Shown here piece by piece: positions 32,236-42,846 of a DNA stretch of 58,077 nt (the stretch's first letter is position 1; every line of letters begins with the position of its first letter). The stretch is from an uncultured Sphingomonadaceae bacterium (lineage in GTDB: Bacteria > Pseudomonadota > Alphaproteobacteria > Sphingomonadales > Sphingomonadaceae), in assembly GCA_964246975.1 (NCBI GenBank), contig CAXTSL010000002.1, positions 1 through 58,077 on the forward strand, written 5' to 3'. The translations under genes were made by a program, and so were the position numbers. Below the pieces are notes generated by a model that saw nothing but the letters and a program-made list of their open reading frames with translations, was not told where the DNA came from and ran no database searches.

Positions 32236-32777
32236 CCCGCGCGCATCGCCTTCAACCCCCGGCCCCCGTCGATCTTGAGCAGGTAGCTGCCGAGCGCGGC
32301 GCGCTTGATGTGGATTTTCGAGCCGACGCGCGGCGTGTCGGTCGACGAGGCCTCGGTGGTCTGCCAGATCGCGCCGTCCTCGAGCACGATGCGGAACTGG
32401 CGATAGCCGACCGGGCGCACCGCCGCTGCGATGCCGTCGATCTCGGTGATCTCCTCGCGGGAGATGTCGCCCTTCGCGTCTTTGACGCCGCGGTCGCCGC
32501 CGAAGAAGGGCAGTCTGGGCAGCGAAAAGCCGAACAGGCCCTTGCGCGTCTCGCGCACCGCCTCGCGGTCGAGGACGACGATATCCTGTTTGGCGGTCGC
32601 TTCACCAAGCGCGGCGGCGGCGGCATCGTAGCAGGCGAGCCGCGCCGCATCGCCGGCGACGGTGCGGCAGTCGGCGATCTTCTGCAGCACGGCGGGATTT
32701 TTGGGTGCCGCGAACGCCGCGCATGGCAACGCCATTAACGCCACCACCAAAACGCGTTCGAACGGTCGGTGCATCAT
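32232..32777 (-). CDS. Secreted hypothetical protein
   Basis: Signal peptide; C....D..RLACYD, LFGFSLP and LEDGAIWQ motifs. Confidence 0.75.
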   Translation of the reverse strand: MMHRPFERVLVVALMALPCAAFAAPKNPAVLQKIADCRTVAGDAARLACYDAAAAALGEATAKQDIVVLDREAVRETRKGLFGFSLPRLPFFGGDRGVKDAKGDISREEITEIDGIAAAVRPVGYRQFRIVLEDGAIWQTTEASSTDTPRVGSKIHIKRAALGSYLLKIDGGRGLKAMRAG

Positions 32778-33003
32778 CTCAATCTTTCCGAATTGTGCCA
32801 ACGCGGCGCTAGCACCCCCACCGCCGACCTCCAATTGTGGTAATCGTGTCACAGGGGCGCAACTTCGCCGTGCTGATGCTGCCCTTTTCATTGCCAATGG
32901 GCGAAATCGGCCCCTACAACGGCGGCAACGGTGCGTGGAGAGGGTCCACAGCATCGGTTGTCATCGGTCTGGCCGGGCGATGTCCGGCAACAAGGGGACT
33001 AAA

Positions 33004-36000
33004 ATGAATTCTTCGCTTTTCCGTGACCGCCTGCTGGCGTCGACGATGATCGGCGGCGTGATGCTGCTGGGCGCCCCGGCGTTCGCGCAGACGCCCGCCG
33101 CGTCGGCCCCGACGACGATCGGCCCCAAGGTCGCCGCCGCCGATGCCGCCGCCGAGGACGAGGCGACCATCGTCGTCACCGGCTCGCTGATCAAGAACGC
33201 CAACCTCGTGCAGTCGAGCCCGATCGCCGTCGTCGGCGCGGAAGAGCTTCAGCTGCGCCAGACCAACGTCGCCGAGGAAGTGCTGCGGACCATTCCGGGT
33301 ATCGTCCCGTCGATCGGTTCGGCGGTCAACAACGGCAACGGCGGCGCATCGTTCGTCAACCTGCGCGGCATCGGCACCAACCGCAACCTCGTGCTGCTCG
33401 ACGGCACGCGCCTGGTTCCCGCCGGCACGACTGGCGCGGTCGACCTCAACAACGTCCCGCTCGCCCTCGTCGATCGCCTCGAGATCCTGACCGGCGGCGC
33501 GTCGACGACCTACGGTGCCGACGCGGTCGGCGGCGTCGTCAACTTCATCACCAAGAAGGATTTCGCGGGCGTCGAGTTCAACGCCTCGGAGCAGATCAGC
33601 GAAGAGGGTGACAACAACACCTGGCGCGCCGACCTGACGACCGGCGCGAACTTCGACGATGGTCGCGGCAACGCGGTGTTCAGCATTGGCTACCAGAAGG
33701 CGAAGCCCGTCTATCAGGGCGACCGCGACTTCGGTGCCTTTAACATCAGCTCGTTCAGCGGTGCGGCCGGCGGCTCGGGCACCTCGGTGCCGGTGCGCCT
33801 GTCGGGTGGCCAGAACCCCGGCGGTACCGCGAACGGCGGCACGCAGCAGCTCAACACGACGACCGGCCAGCTGGTCCCGACCTTCGCGCTGTTCAACTTC
33901 AACCCCTACAACATCTACGCGACGCCGTTCGAGCGCTTCAACATCTATGGCGCGGCGCACTACAAGATCGTCAACGACATCGAAGTTTACACGCAGGGCA
34001 TCTACTCGAAGAACCGCGTCACGACGATCATCGCGCCGTCGGGCAACTTCGGTTCGGCCGTGACGATCAACCTCAACAACCCCTTCCTGCCGGCTGCCGC
34101 GCGCAACCAGCTCTGCGCCTTCGATACCGATCCCGGTCCCGCCTACGCGCCGCGCTTCACGCCCGCGCAGTGCACCGCGGCCGCCGCTCCCGGCCTGACG
34201 CCGACGTCGGCCGACTATCGCACCGTCACCGTCACGGCATCGCGCCGCTTCGTCGAGGCCGGCACGCGCAACAACACCTACACTACGACCTTCTTCCAGT
34301 ATAAGGCGGGTCTGCGCGGGCCGATCACCGACTCGATCGACTTCGACATCTACGGTGCGTACGGCGAGAGCGAGAACCTTTCGCGCCAGACCGGCAACGG
34401 CCTGCAGTCGCGCGTCAACCAGGCGCTGCTCGCCAACAACACGACGACCTGCTTCAACACCGCCAGCAACTGCGTCCCGCTCAACCTGTTCGGTCCGGCG
34501 GGCAGCATCACCCCGGCGCAGCTCGGTTTCATCACCGGCGTGTCGACATCGTCGACGACCTTTTCGAACCTCGGTCAGGCGCACGCGGTCATCTCGGGCG
34601 ACTTCGGTGTTGCCAGCCCGGGCGCCGAGAACCCGATCAGCTTCGCGCTCGGTGCCGAGTACCGTAACTACACCGCCGGCAACGCGTCCGACGTGCCGAC
34701 CTCGACGCCGGGCGAAGTGCTCGGCAACGGGGCCGCGACGCCGGACTCGACGGGTTCGTACAACGTCAAGGAGCTGTTCGCCGAAATCAACGCGCCGTTG
34801 ATCGAGGACAAGCCCTTCGCCAAGTCGCTGACCCTCGAACTGGGCGGTCGCTACTCCGACTACTCGTCGTCGGGCACGAACTACACCTACAAGGTCGGCG
34901 GCAGCTGGGAGCCCATCCAGGGCCTCAAGCTGCGCGGCAACTATCAGAAGGCCGTGCGCGCGCCGAACGTCAACGAACTGTTTGCCCCGCTGGTGACGGG
35001 TCTCGACAGCCTCAACGTCGATCCCTGCGCCTCGACCAACGCCGTCAACCCCAACAACAACGCCAACCTGCGCGCGCTCTGCATCGCGCAGGGTGCCACG
35101 GCGGTGAACGTCGGAACCATCGGCAACCCGTCGGCGGGCCAGCCCAACGCGACCTCGGGCGGCAACCCCAACCTCGGCGTCGAGAAGGCCAAGACCTACA
35201 CCTTCGGCGTCGTTCTCGCGCCGCAGGCGGTGCCGGGCCTGACGATCACGGCCGACTACTACCACATCGTCGTGACCGACGCGATCAGCTCGCCCGCGAT
35301 CGGCGACATCATCGGGGCGTGCTTCCTGCCCGGCAACCCGACCTACGCCATCACGACCTTCTGCTCGACGAACATCCGTCGTAATCCGCTGACGGGCCAG
35401 CTCGACGGCTCGACGGCAACGACGCCGGGCGTGCTCGAGCCGCTGTCGAACCTCGGTCGCATCCTGACCGACGGTATCGATGTCAGCGCGAACTACAGCA
35501 ACGACATCGGCTTCGCCAAGCTGGCGCTGAGCTTTGACGGCAACTGGACGCACCGCGCGAAGTTCAAGGCCAACCCGAGCGCGCTCAACCGCGAGTGCGT
35601 CGGCTACTACTCGGTCAACTGCGGTTCGCTCCAGCCCGAGTTCAGCTTCAACCAGCGGACGACGCTGTCCTTCGGGCCGGCTGACATCTCGCTGCTGTGG
35701 CGCTACATCCACAAGGTCCGTCAGGAGCCCGAGGATATCGCCAACGGCAACGGTCCGGCCTATTCGGGTCCGGTGCCTTCGGCGACCGGCAACGGCCTGA
35801 CGCTCGGTCAGTTCGGCAACCAGAACTTCGGCCGGATCAAGTCGAAGCACTACTTCGACCTGACGGGCCGCCTAGCTGTCAACGACCAGCTCAGCCTGAC
35901 CCTGACCGTGCAGAACCTGCTCGACAAGAAGCCGCCGCTGACCGGCTCGGGCATCGGCACGACCGCCTACAACAGCGGCAACACCTACCCGTCGACCTAC

Positions 36001-36048
36001 GACACCATCGGTCGCCGGTTCGCGGTTGCGGCGAAGCTGCGCTTCTAG
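33004..36048 (+). CDS. TonB-dependent receptor (large type)
   Basis: Signal peptide, IVVTGSLI, YGADAVGGVVNFI, YD.IGRRF..F end; strong C-ending codon bias. Confidence 0.95.
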   Translation: MNSSLFRDRLLASTMIGGVMLLGAPAFAQTPAASAPTTIGPKVAAADAAAEDEATIVVTGSLIKNANLVQSSPIAVVGAEELQLRQTNVAEEVLRTIPGIVPSIGSAVNNGNGGASFVNLRGIGTNRNLVLLDGTRLVPAGTTGAVDLNNVPLALVDRLEILTGGASTTYGADAVGGVVNFITKKDFAGVEFNASEQISEEGDNNTWRADLTTGANFDDGRGNAVFSIGYQKAKPVYQGDRDFGAFNISSFSGAAGGSGTSVPVRLSGGQNPGGTANGGTQQLNTTTGQLVPTFALFNFNPYNIYATPFERFNIYGAAHYKIVNDIEVYTQGIYSKNRVTTIIAPSGNFGSAVTINLNNPFLPAAARNQLCAFDTDPGPAYAPRFTPAQCTAAAAPGLTPTSADYRTVTVTASRRFVEAGTRNNTYTTTFFQYKAGLRGPITDSIDFDIYGAYGESENLSRQTGNGLQSRVNQALLANNTTTCFNTASNCVPLNLFGPAGSITPAQLGFITGVSTSSTTFSNLGQAHAVISGDFGVASPGAENPISFALGAEYRNYTAGNASDVPTSTPGEVLGNGAATPDSTGSYNVKELFAEINAPLIEDKPFAKSLTLELGGRYSDYSSSGTNYTYKVGGSWEPIQGLKLRGNYQKAVRAPNVNELFAPLVTGLDSLNVDPCASTNAVNPNNNANLRALCIAQGATAVNVGTIGNPSAGQPNATSGGNPNLGVEKAKTYTFGVVLAPQAVPGLTITADYYHIVVTDAISSPAIGDIIGACFLPGNPTYAITTFCSTNIRRNPLTGQLDGSTATTPGVLEPLSNLGRILTDGIDVSANYSNDIGFAKLALSFDGNWTHRAKFKANPSALNRECVGYYSVNCGSLQPEFSFNQRTTLSFGPADISLLWRYIHKVRQEPEDIANGNGPAYSGPVPSATGNGLTLGQFGNQNFGRIKSKHYFDLTGRLAVNDQLSLTLTVQNLLDKKPPLTGSGIGTTAYNSGNTYPSTYDTIGRRFAVAAKLRF

Positions 36049-36069
36049 TCGCGAACGGCATCGTCACGG

Positions 36070-36099
36070 AAAGGGCGGCGCGCGAGCGCCGCCCTTTTT
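36070..36099 (+). terminator. Rho-independent terminator
   Basis: AAAGGGCGGCGC-GCGA-GCGCCGCCCTTTTT. Confidence 0.9.
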
Positions 36100-36362
36100 C
36101 GTTGTTGCTGCGGGGGTCAAGCTCAGGTCGAGCGACACCTCAATGGCCGTCGATGGCCTGGGAGGAGAGGCCCGTCGGCTGGCGTCGACCCACGCGCCAG
36201 CCAGTACCGGGGCGACAGCAGAGGGCCGGGATCAGTTCGGCAGGGCGGCGGGACTACGGGGTCGATACAGTTTTTGAGCGATCGCCAGACCCGACTATCC
36301 GGAGGCTGTGCGTAGCTACAACGCCTGCCGGGATCCCTCGATATGGGTCAATGCCAAACGGG

Positions 36363-36397
36363 AAAACCGCCATCCCGGCGCAAGCCGGAATGGCGGT
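36363..36397 (-). terminator. Terminator of aceA
   Basis: 14-bp stem followed by TTTT on the minus strand. Confidence 0.7.
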
Positions 36398-36442
36398 GGG
36401 TATAGTCGGATAAGCGTCGTGGCGAACCGCTGTAGCGTAAGG

Positions 36443-38038
36443 CTAGGCCGCGAACTGGTTCATCGTGTTGTGCGCGCCGCCCGCCTTGAGTGCCGCGTCG
36501 CCCGCGAAATACTCCTTGTGGTCGTCGCCGAGGTCCGAGCCGCTCATGTTCTGGTGTTTGACGCAGGCGATGCCCTGGCGGATTTCGGCGCGCTGGACGT
36601 TCTTGACATAGCCCAGCATCCCCGCTGCGCCGAAATACTCGCGCGCCAGATTGTCGGTCGACAGCGCCGCCGTGTGATAGGTCGGCAGCGTGATCAGGTG
36701 GTGGAAGATGCCCGCGCGTTTCGCGGCGTCGGACTGGAAGGTGCGGATGCGTTCGTCGGCCTCCAGCCCCAATTCGGTCGCGTCATAGTCGACGCTCATC
36801 AGCCGCGCGCGGTCGTAGGAACTGACGTCGGTGCCTGCCGCGACCCACGCGTCATAGACCTGCTGGCGGAAGTTGAGCGTCCAATTGAACGACGGCGAAT
36901 TGTTATAGACGAGCTTGGCATCGGGAACGACCGCGCGAATGCGATCGACCATGCTGGCGATCTGCTCGATATGCGGCTTCTCGGTCTCGATCCACAGCAG
37001 GTCGGCCCCGTTCTGGAGCGAAACGATGCAGTCGAGGACGCAGCGGTCGGCCCCCGTGCCTTCGCGGAACTGGAACAGGTTCGAGGGCAGGCGCTTGGGA
37101 CGCAGCAACTTGCCGTCGCGGTTGAGGATGACGTCGCCGTTCTTCGCGGTCGCGGGGTCGATCTCCTCGCAGTCGAGGAAGCCGTTATACTGGTCGCCGA
37201 TGTCGCCGGGGGCGTGGCTGACGGCGATCTGCTTGGTCAGCCCCGCGCCGAGCGAATCGGTGCGTGTCACGACGATGCCGTCGTCGATGCCGAGTTCGAG
37301 GAAGGCGTAGCGGCAGGCGCGGACCTTGGCGAGAAAGTCCTCGTGCGGAACGGTGACCTTGCCGTCCTGATGCCCGCACTGCTTCTCGTCGCTGACCTGA
37401 TTCTCGATCTGCAGCGCACACGCCCCCGCTTCGATCATCTTCTTGGCGAGAAGATACGTCGCCTCGGCGTTGCCGAAGCCGGCGTCGATGTCGGCGATGA
37501 CCGGCACGACGTGGGTCTGATAGTTCTCGACAAGGTTGAGCAGCCGCTTCTCCTCAATCTCGTTGCCCGCCGCGCGCGCCGCGTCGATGTCGCGGAACAT
37601 CATGCCCAGCTCGCGCGCGTCGGCTTGGCGCAGGAAGGTGTAGAGTTCGGCGATGAGCGCCGGGACGCTGGTCTTCTCGTGCATCGACTGGTCGGGCAGC
37701 GGCCCGAATTCGGAGCGCAACGCCGCGACCATCCAGCCCGACAGATAGAGGTAGCGGCCTTTGGTCGTGCCGAAATGCTTCTTGATCGAGATCAGCTTCT
37801 GCTGGCCGATGAAGCCGTGCCAGCAGCCGAGCGACTGGGTGTAGTTGGCCGGGTCGGCGTCGTACGCTGCCATGTCGGCGCGCATGATCTGCGCGGTATG
37901 GCGCGCGATGTCGAGGCCGGTCTGGAAGCGGTTCTGCAGCCGCATGCGTGCCACGGCTTCGGCACCGATGCCGTCCCAGGTTCCCGATTTCGCGGCGATG
38001 AGGTCGCCGACGGCGGCGATATGCTGCTGATACGACAT
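36443..38038 (-). CDS. aceA: Isocitrate lyase
   Basis: YLSGW, DIDAGFG, catalytic EKQCGHQDGK, WIETE and YNNSPSFNW motifs. Confidence 0.97.
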   Translation of the reverse strand: MSYQQHIAAVGDLIAAKSGTWDGIGAEAVARMRLQNRFQTGLDIARHTAQIMRADMAAYDADPANYTQSLGCWHGFIGQQKLISIKKHFGTTKGRYLYLSGWMVAALRSEFGPLPDQSMHEKTSVPALIAELYTFLRQADARELGMMFRDIDAARAAGNEIEEKRLLNLVENYQTHVVPVIADIDAGFGNAEATYLLAKKMIEAGACALQIENQVSDEKQCGHQDGKVTVPHEDFLAKVRACRYAFLELGIDDGIVVTRTDSLGAGLTKQIAVSHAPGDIGDQYNGFLDCEEIDPATAKNGDVILNRDGKLLRPKRLPSNLFQFREGTGADRCVLDCIVSLQNGADLLWIETEKPHIEQIASMVDRIRAVVPDAKLVYNNSPSFNWTLNFRQQVYDAWVAAGTDVSSYDRARLMSVDYDATELGLEADERIRTFQSDAAKRAGIFHHLITLPTYHTAALSTDNLAREYFGAAGMLGYVKNVQRAEIRQGIACVKHQNMSGSDLGDDHKEYFAGDAALKAGGAHNTMNQFAA

Positions 38039-38235
38039 GGTGAACGCGCCCTTCGACTATGTGATGCGGCGGGGGGCGTGTCGCCTCTCCCGCCGATCCT
38101 CCCCGAAATCGATGTTTACTGCTTTGACGGGGGGTTGTTGCGGGGTCAATCGCGGGCTTGTCGAAATCGTGTCGAGATGTGTAGAAGCGGGTGGGCTGGG
38201 TTGTAGGATTGTGAAGATTTCGACGAAACTTATTC

Positions 38236-38311
38236 CCGTCATGCTGGCGCACGCCAGCATCCACCTGCCCGCGCGCGGAATGATGGATGCTGGCGTGCGC
38301 CAGCATGACGG
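38236..38311. repeat. REP-like nested palindrome
   Basis: Perfect 28-bp inverted arms (38236-38263 and 38284-38311), each itself a hairpin. Confidence 0.85.
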
Positions 38312-38341
38312 CGTTGTTCGTGCTGCGCGCGCTGCACCCCG

Positions 38342-39733
38342 ATGACCCCCGACCGCAAACTCTTCGCCGGAGCCCGCCTGCGCCGCCTGCGCACCGCGCA
38401 GGGCCTGACCCAGACGCGCATGGCGGCCGACCTCGGCGTGTCGATCTCGTATCTCAATCTCATCGAGCGCAACCAGCGCCCGCTGACTGCGGCGTTCCTG
38501 CTCAAGCTTGCGGCGACCTACAACCTCGACCTGCGCCAGCTGACCGGCGACGACGGCGACGCGCTGGCGGGCGAACTGGCGCGGGTATTCGCCGAGCCCG
38601 CGCTGGCGGGCATCGAGGTCGGGCGTGCCGAACTCGCCGAGGTCGCCGCCGCGTCGCCGGGCGTCGCGCAGGCGCTGCTCCGCCTCCATGCGGCATTGGG
38701 CGGGCAGGCAGCGGCTCCGGACGAAGCCGGCCCGATCGAAGCCGTCACCGAATTCCTGCTCGACCGCCGCAATCACTTCCCCGACCTCGACGCCGGATGC
38801 GAGGCGCTGGCGGACGCGTTGCGGCTCGCGGCGGGCGATCTCGGCGCGGCCATCGCCGACCGGCTGCGCGTCCGCCACGGCCTGAGCGTCCGCCTGCTCC
38901 CGGCCAGCGTCATGCCCGACCTGCTGCGCCGCCTCGACCTCCACGCGCGCCAGCTCCAGCTGTCCGAATCGCTCGACGCCGCGTCGCGGACGTTCGCGCT
39001 GGCGGGGCAGCTGGCGACGAGCGAATTGGGCGGCGTCATCGACGCAATAGTTACCGGGGCCGGGCTGGCAGGCGAAGGTGCGCGCCGCCTCGCGGTCCAG
39101 TCGCTGGTAAATTACGCGGCCGCCGCGATCATGATGCCCTACGCACGCTTCCACGCCGCATGCGAGCAGCTCGCCTACGATGTCGAGCTGTTGCAGGCGC
39201 GTTTCGGCGCGGGATTCGAGCAAGTCGCGCACCGGCTGACGACGCTCCAGCGCCAAGGCTCACGCGGCGTGCCGTTCTTCCTGCTGCGCGTCGACCGCGC
39301 GGGGAACATCTCGAAGCGCTTCTCCGGTACGCGGAGCCAGCTGGCGTCGCGCGGCGGCGGCTGTCCGTTATGGACGCTGCACGCCGCTTTCGACCGCCCC
39401 GGCAGCATCGCGCGGCAGGTCGTCGAGACCGAGGACGGTGCGCGCTTCCTGACCGCGACGCGCACCGTGCGGACCTATGCGATGCCGTTCGGCCAGCCGC
39501 GCCCCGAGTTCGCGGTGTTGATCGGCTGCGCGGTCGAACACGCGCGTCCGCTCGCGTATGCGGCGGGGCTCGACCTCGACGGTTCGGGCGCGACGCCGAT
39601 CGGACTGGGTTGCACAAGCTGTCGCCGCGCGGCATGTCGCCAGCGCAGCCTGCCGCCACGGGGGAGCCGGCTGGTCGTCGACGAACGCACGCGCGGCATC
39701 ACGCCGTTCCGCTTTGCCCCGCCGGGAGAATGA
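38342..39733 (+). CDS. Short-chain fatty acyl-CoA regulator (ScfR/RamB family)
   Basis: XRE HTH SYLNLIERNQRP, FEQVAHRLTTLQR, RVDRAGNISKR, C-terminal CxxCxRxxCxQR. Confidence 0.92.
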   Translation: MTPDRKLFAGARLRRLRTAQGLTQTRMAADLGVSISYLNLIERNQRPLTAAFLLKLAATYNLDLRQLTGDDGDALAGELARVFAEPALAGIEVGRAELAEVAAASPGVAQALLRLHAALGGQAAAPDEAGPIEAVTEFLLDRRNHFPDLDAGCEALADALRLAAGDLGAAIADRLRVRHGLSVRLLPASVMPDLLRRLDLHARQLQLSESLDAASRTFALAGQLATSELGGVIDAIVTGAGLAGEGARRLAVQSLVNYAAAAIMMPYARFHAACEQLAYDVELLQARFGAGFEQVAHRLTTLQRQGSRGVPFFLLRVDRAGNISKRFSGTRSQLASRGGGCPLWTLHAAFDRPGSIARQVVETEDGARFLTATRTVRTYAMPFGQPRPEFAVLIGCAVEHARPLAYAAGLDLDGSGATPIGLGCTSCRRAACRQRSLPPRGSRLVVDERTRGITPFRFAPPGE

Positions 39734-39735
39734 GC

Positions 39736-41325
39736 ATGTCGGTTCAGGGCGTCCAGATCACGGGAACTATGCGCCCCGGCTTCGAGACCATCCTGACCGA
39801 TGCGGCGCTGCTGTTCGTCGCCAATCTCCACCGCCTCTACGACCCGACGCGGCAGGCGCTGCTGCGCGCCCGCGAGCAGCGGCAGGACTGGTGGGACGCG
39901 GGCAACGCCATCGACTTCGCCCCCGAGACCTCGGCGGTGCGCGACGGGACATGGACGGTCGCCGGGTCGCCGCCCGACCTGCAGGATCGCCGCGTCGAGA
40001 TCACCGGGCCGGTCGACCGCAAGATGGTCATCAACGCGCTCAATTCGGGCGCGAAATGCTTCATGGCGGACTTCGAGGACGCCACCGCGCCGTCATGGGA
40101 GAACATGGTCGACGGCCAGGTCAATCTGCGCGACGCCGTCGCCGGGACCATCGCCTTCGAGGACAAGGGCAAGTCTTACGCCCTCAACGCCACGACCGCG
40201 ACGCTGATCGCCCGCCCGCGCGGCTGGCACCTCCCCGAGGCGCACATGATTGTCGACGGCGAGCCGGTGTCGGGGTCGTTGTTCGATTTCGGGCTGTATT
40301 TCTTCCACAACGCCCGCGCCTTGGTGGCGAAGGGCTCGGGGCCGTATTTGTACCTGCCCAAGCTCGAACATTATCTCGAGGCGCGGCTGTGGAACAACGT
40401 CTTCGTCTATGCTCAGTCGGTGCTCGGGCTGCCGGTGGGGACGATCAAGGGTACCGTGCTGATCGAGACTTTGCCCGGCGCGTTTATGGCGGACGAGATC
40501 CTCTACGAGCTACGCGACCATATCGCCGCGCTCAACTGCGGGCGCTGGGATTATATCTTCAGCTACATCAAATGCTTCCGCAGCAGCGCCGCGCATGTCC
40601 TGCCCGACCGCGCGGCGGTCAACATGACCGTGCCGTTCATGCGCGACTATGCGCTGCACGTCATCCGCACCTGCCACAAGCGCGGCGCGCACGCGATGGG
40701 CGGGATGAGCGCCTTCATCCCGGTCAAGGGCGACGACGCGGCGAACGAGCGCGCCTTCGCGGCAGTGCGCGCCGACAAGGAGCGCGAAGCGGGCTTCGGC
40801 CATGACGGCACCTGGGTCGCGCACCCGGGCCTCGTCGGCGTCGCGATGGCGGTGTTCGACGCCGCGATGCCGGGGCCGAACCAGCTTGCCAAAATCCCCG
40901 AAGGCCACGCCACCGCCGCCGACCTGACCGCCGCGCCGCCGGGGCCCAAGTCGCTCGCCGGACTGATCAGCAACGTCAACGTCGGCATCGGCTATATCGC
41001 GTCGTGGCTGCGCGGGCAGGGGGCGGCACCGCTCCACAACCTGATGGAAGACGCCGCGACCGCCGAGATCAGCCGCACGCAGGTCTGGCAATGGCGTACG
41101 ACGCACACGACGCTCGACAGCGGCGAGGTGGTCGATGCGGCGCTGATCGAGCGGACGATCGCCGAACAGCTCGACGTGTGGGAGGCGGCGGTCGGCGGCA
41201 ACTACTTCGCGGCGGGCAAGTACCGCGAGGCCGCCGAGGTGTTCCGCGAACTGGTGCTGGCGGACGCGCTCGAACCCTTCCTGACGCTCCCGGCGTACGC
41301 GCATTATTTCGCGCGGGCGGCGTAA
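39736..41325 (+). CDS. aceB: Malate synthase A
   Basis: DRRVEITGP, ADFED, RPRGWHL, LNCGRWDYIFS and LMEDAATAEISR motifs. Confidence 0.97.
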   Translation: MSVQGVQITGTMRPGFETILTDAALLFVANLHRLYDPTRQALLRAREQRQDWWDAGNAIDFAPETSAVRDGTWTVAGSPPDLQDRRVEITGPVDRKMVINALNSGAKCFMADFEDATAPSWENMVDGQVNLRDAVAGTIAFEDKGKSYALNATTATLIARPRGWHLPEAHMIVDGEPVSGSLFDFGLYFFHNARALVAKGSGPYLYLPKLEHYLEARLWNNVFVYAQSVLGLPVGTIKGTVLIETLPGAFMADEILYELRDHIAALNCGRWDYIFSYIKCFRSSAAHVLPDRAAVNMTVPFMRDYALHVIRTCHKRGAHAMGGMSAFIPVKGDDAANERAFAAVRADKEREAGFGHDGTWVAHPGLVGVAMAVFDAAMPGPNQLAKIPEGHATAADLTAAPPGPKSLAGLISNVNVGIGYIASWLRGQGAAPLHNLMEDAATAEISRTQVWQWRTTHTTLDSGEVVDAALIERTIAEQLDVWEAAVGGNYFAAGKYREAAEVFRELVLADALEPFLTLPAYAHYFARAA

Positions 41326-41358
41326 CAATCCGACTGTGAGCGAAATCTGCCTATGGTA

Positions 41359-41745
41359 TCAATAGGCGAGCGGATGGTCGATCAGCTGTCTGTCGCGCGT
41401 CAACAGGCGCAGGCCCTCCTCCTGCGCCTGCACGAGGAGGAGTTCATCGAAGGGGTCCTTGTGCGTTGGAGGTTCGGTGAGCGATGACGCCGCGTGTCGC
41501 GCAGTCAGGGCCACGACGCGCCACCCCGCCGCGTCCGCAAAGGACAGCAGCCGGTCTGGCGCGATGATGCCCTTGCGGTCGCCCGAAGCGTGATAGCTTT
41601 GCCACTTGAGCCGCGCTTCCCAGATCGAGACGGCAGACACGGCGACTACCTCAGCGCCCAAAATCGCCGCGCGCTCGGCGGGCTTCAGATCGGCTTCACC
41701 CGCCGCCGCCCATATCGCGATATGCGTGTCGAGCAGCAGTCTCAA
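41359..41745 (-). CDS. VapC-family PIN toxin
   Basis: LLLDTH, SIWE, HKDPFD and LLTRD motifs. Confidence 0.9.
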   Translation of the reverse strand: MRLLLDTHIAIWAAAGEADLKPAERAAILGAEVVAVSAVSIWEARLKWQSYHASGDRKGIIAPDRLLSFADAAGWRVVALTARHAASSLTEPPTHKDPFDELLLVQAQEEGLRLLTRDRQLIDHPLAY

Positions 41746-41999
41746 TCTTCAAGTCCGAGAACGCGGCGGCTGAACGCCGGATCGTTGAACTCCTCGAACC
41801 AATCGGATCCGGCGCTGACGATCCCCAATTCCTTGCGAATTTCTGCGGCGCGCTCCCACGTGAACGGCATTTTCTGTGTTGCCGGAATCAGTTCGACAAA
41901 GGGCTTGCCGTGCTTGGTTACCACGACACGCTCGCCTTTTACCGCTGCGTCGGCGGCTTCGGTAAAGCGCGCCTTCACCTCGCGAACTGAAAATTGCAC
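41742..41999 (-). CDS. Phd/YefM-family antitoxin
   Basis: SVREVKARF..GERVVVTKHGKP; 4-nt overlap with the toxin; upstream palindrome AAGTG-AC-CACTT (42013-42024). Confidence 0.88.
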   Translation of the reverse strand: MQFSVREVKARFTEAADAAVKGERVVVTKHGKPFVELIPATQKMPFTWERAAEIRKELGIVSAGSDWFEEFNDPAFSRRVLGLED

Positions 42000-42057
42000 G
42001 GCACGACTCCAAAAGTGACCACTTGAGACTACATTGCTTCTGTGTCCGGCGCAACGC

Positions 42058-42846
42058 CTACTGCATGAACCAGCCGTGGCTCACCACGATGCTCTGACCG
42101 GTCAGCGCGTTGGTCGGGAAGCCCGCGAGGAACACCGCCGTGCGCGCCACGTCGTCGACGGTGGTGAATTCGCCGTCGACGGTTTCCTTGAGCATCACGT
42201 CCTTGATCACCGCGTCCTCGCTGATGCCGAGCGCCTTTGCCTGCTCGGGGATCTGCTTCTCGACCAAAGGCGTGCGGACGAAGCCGGGGCAGATGACGTT
42301 GGCGCGGACGCCGTGCGCGGCCCCCTCCTTGGCGACGACCTTGGCGAGGCCGACGAGGCCGTGCTTGGCGGTGACGTAGGGGGCCTTGAGCTTCGACGCC
42401 TCCTTGCTGTGCACCGACCCCATATAGATGACACTGCCGCCGCGCCCCTGCGCGTACATGTGCCTGAGGCAGGCGCGGGTGGTCAGGAACGCGCCGTCGA
42501 GATGGATCGCCAGCAGCTTCTTCCAGTCGGCGAACTTGTAGGTGTCGACCGGGCCGACGATCTGGATGCCGGCGTTCGAGACGAGGATGTCGATGCCGCC
42601 GAACTTCGCCGCAACCGCCTCGATGCCGGCATCGACCTGATCCTCCTGCGTCACGTCCATCGCGACCCCCATCGCGCGTTCGCCGCCGGGGTCGAATTCG
42701 AGCGCGGTCGCATTGGCGGCGTCGATGTTGAGGTCGGCGATCGCGACCTTGGCACCGTTGGCGAGAAACTCCCTGGCGATGTCCTTGCCGATGCCGCTGG
42801 CGGCACCGGTAACGACGGCGACCTTGTCCTGGAGCGGGAGCGTCAT
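42058..42846 (-). CDS. bdhA: D-3-hydroxybutyrate dehydrogenase
   Basis: [26 protein letters not shown] and TPLVEKQI motifs. Confidence 0.92.
   Translation of the reverse strand: MTLPLQDKVAVVTGAASGIGKDIAREFLANGAKVAIADLNIDAANATALEFDPGGERAMGVAMDVTQEDQVDAGIEAVAAKFGGIDILVSNAGIQIVGPVDTYKFADWKKLLAIHLDGAFLTTRACLRHMYAQGRGGSVIYMGSVHSKEASKLKAPYVTAKHGLVGLAKVVAKEGAAHGVRANVICPGFVRTPLVEKQIPEQAKALGISEDAVIKDVMLKETVDGEFTTVDDVARTAVFLAGFPTNALTGQSIVVSHGWFMQ

Noticed and set aside
36100-36360. Possible ncRNA between the TBDR and aceA terminators
   Set aside because: Only short, weak inverted repeats; no promoter or recognisable motif.
38287-41325. 1012-aa ORF suggesting a regulator-malate synthase fusion
   Set aside because: The upstream part is an off-frame read through the ScfR gene; aceB has its own RBS and start at 39736.
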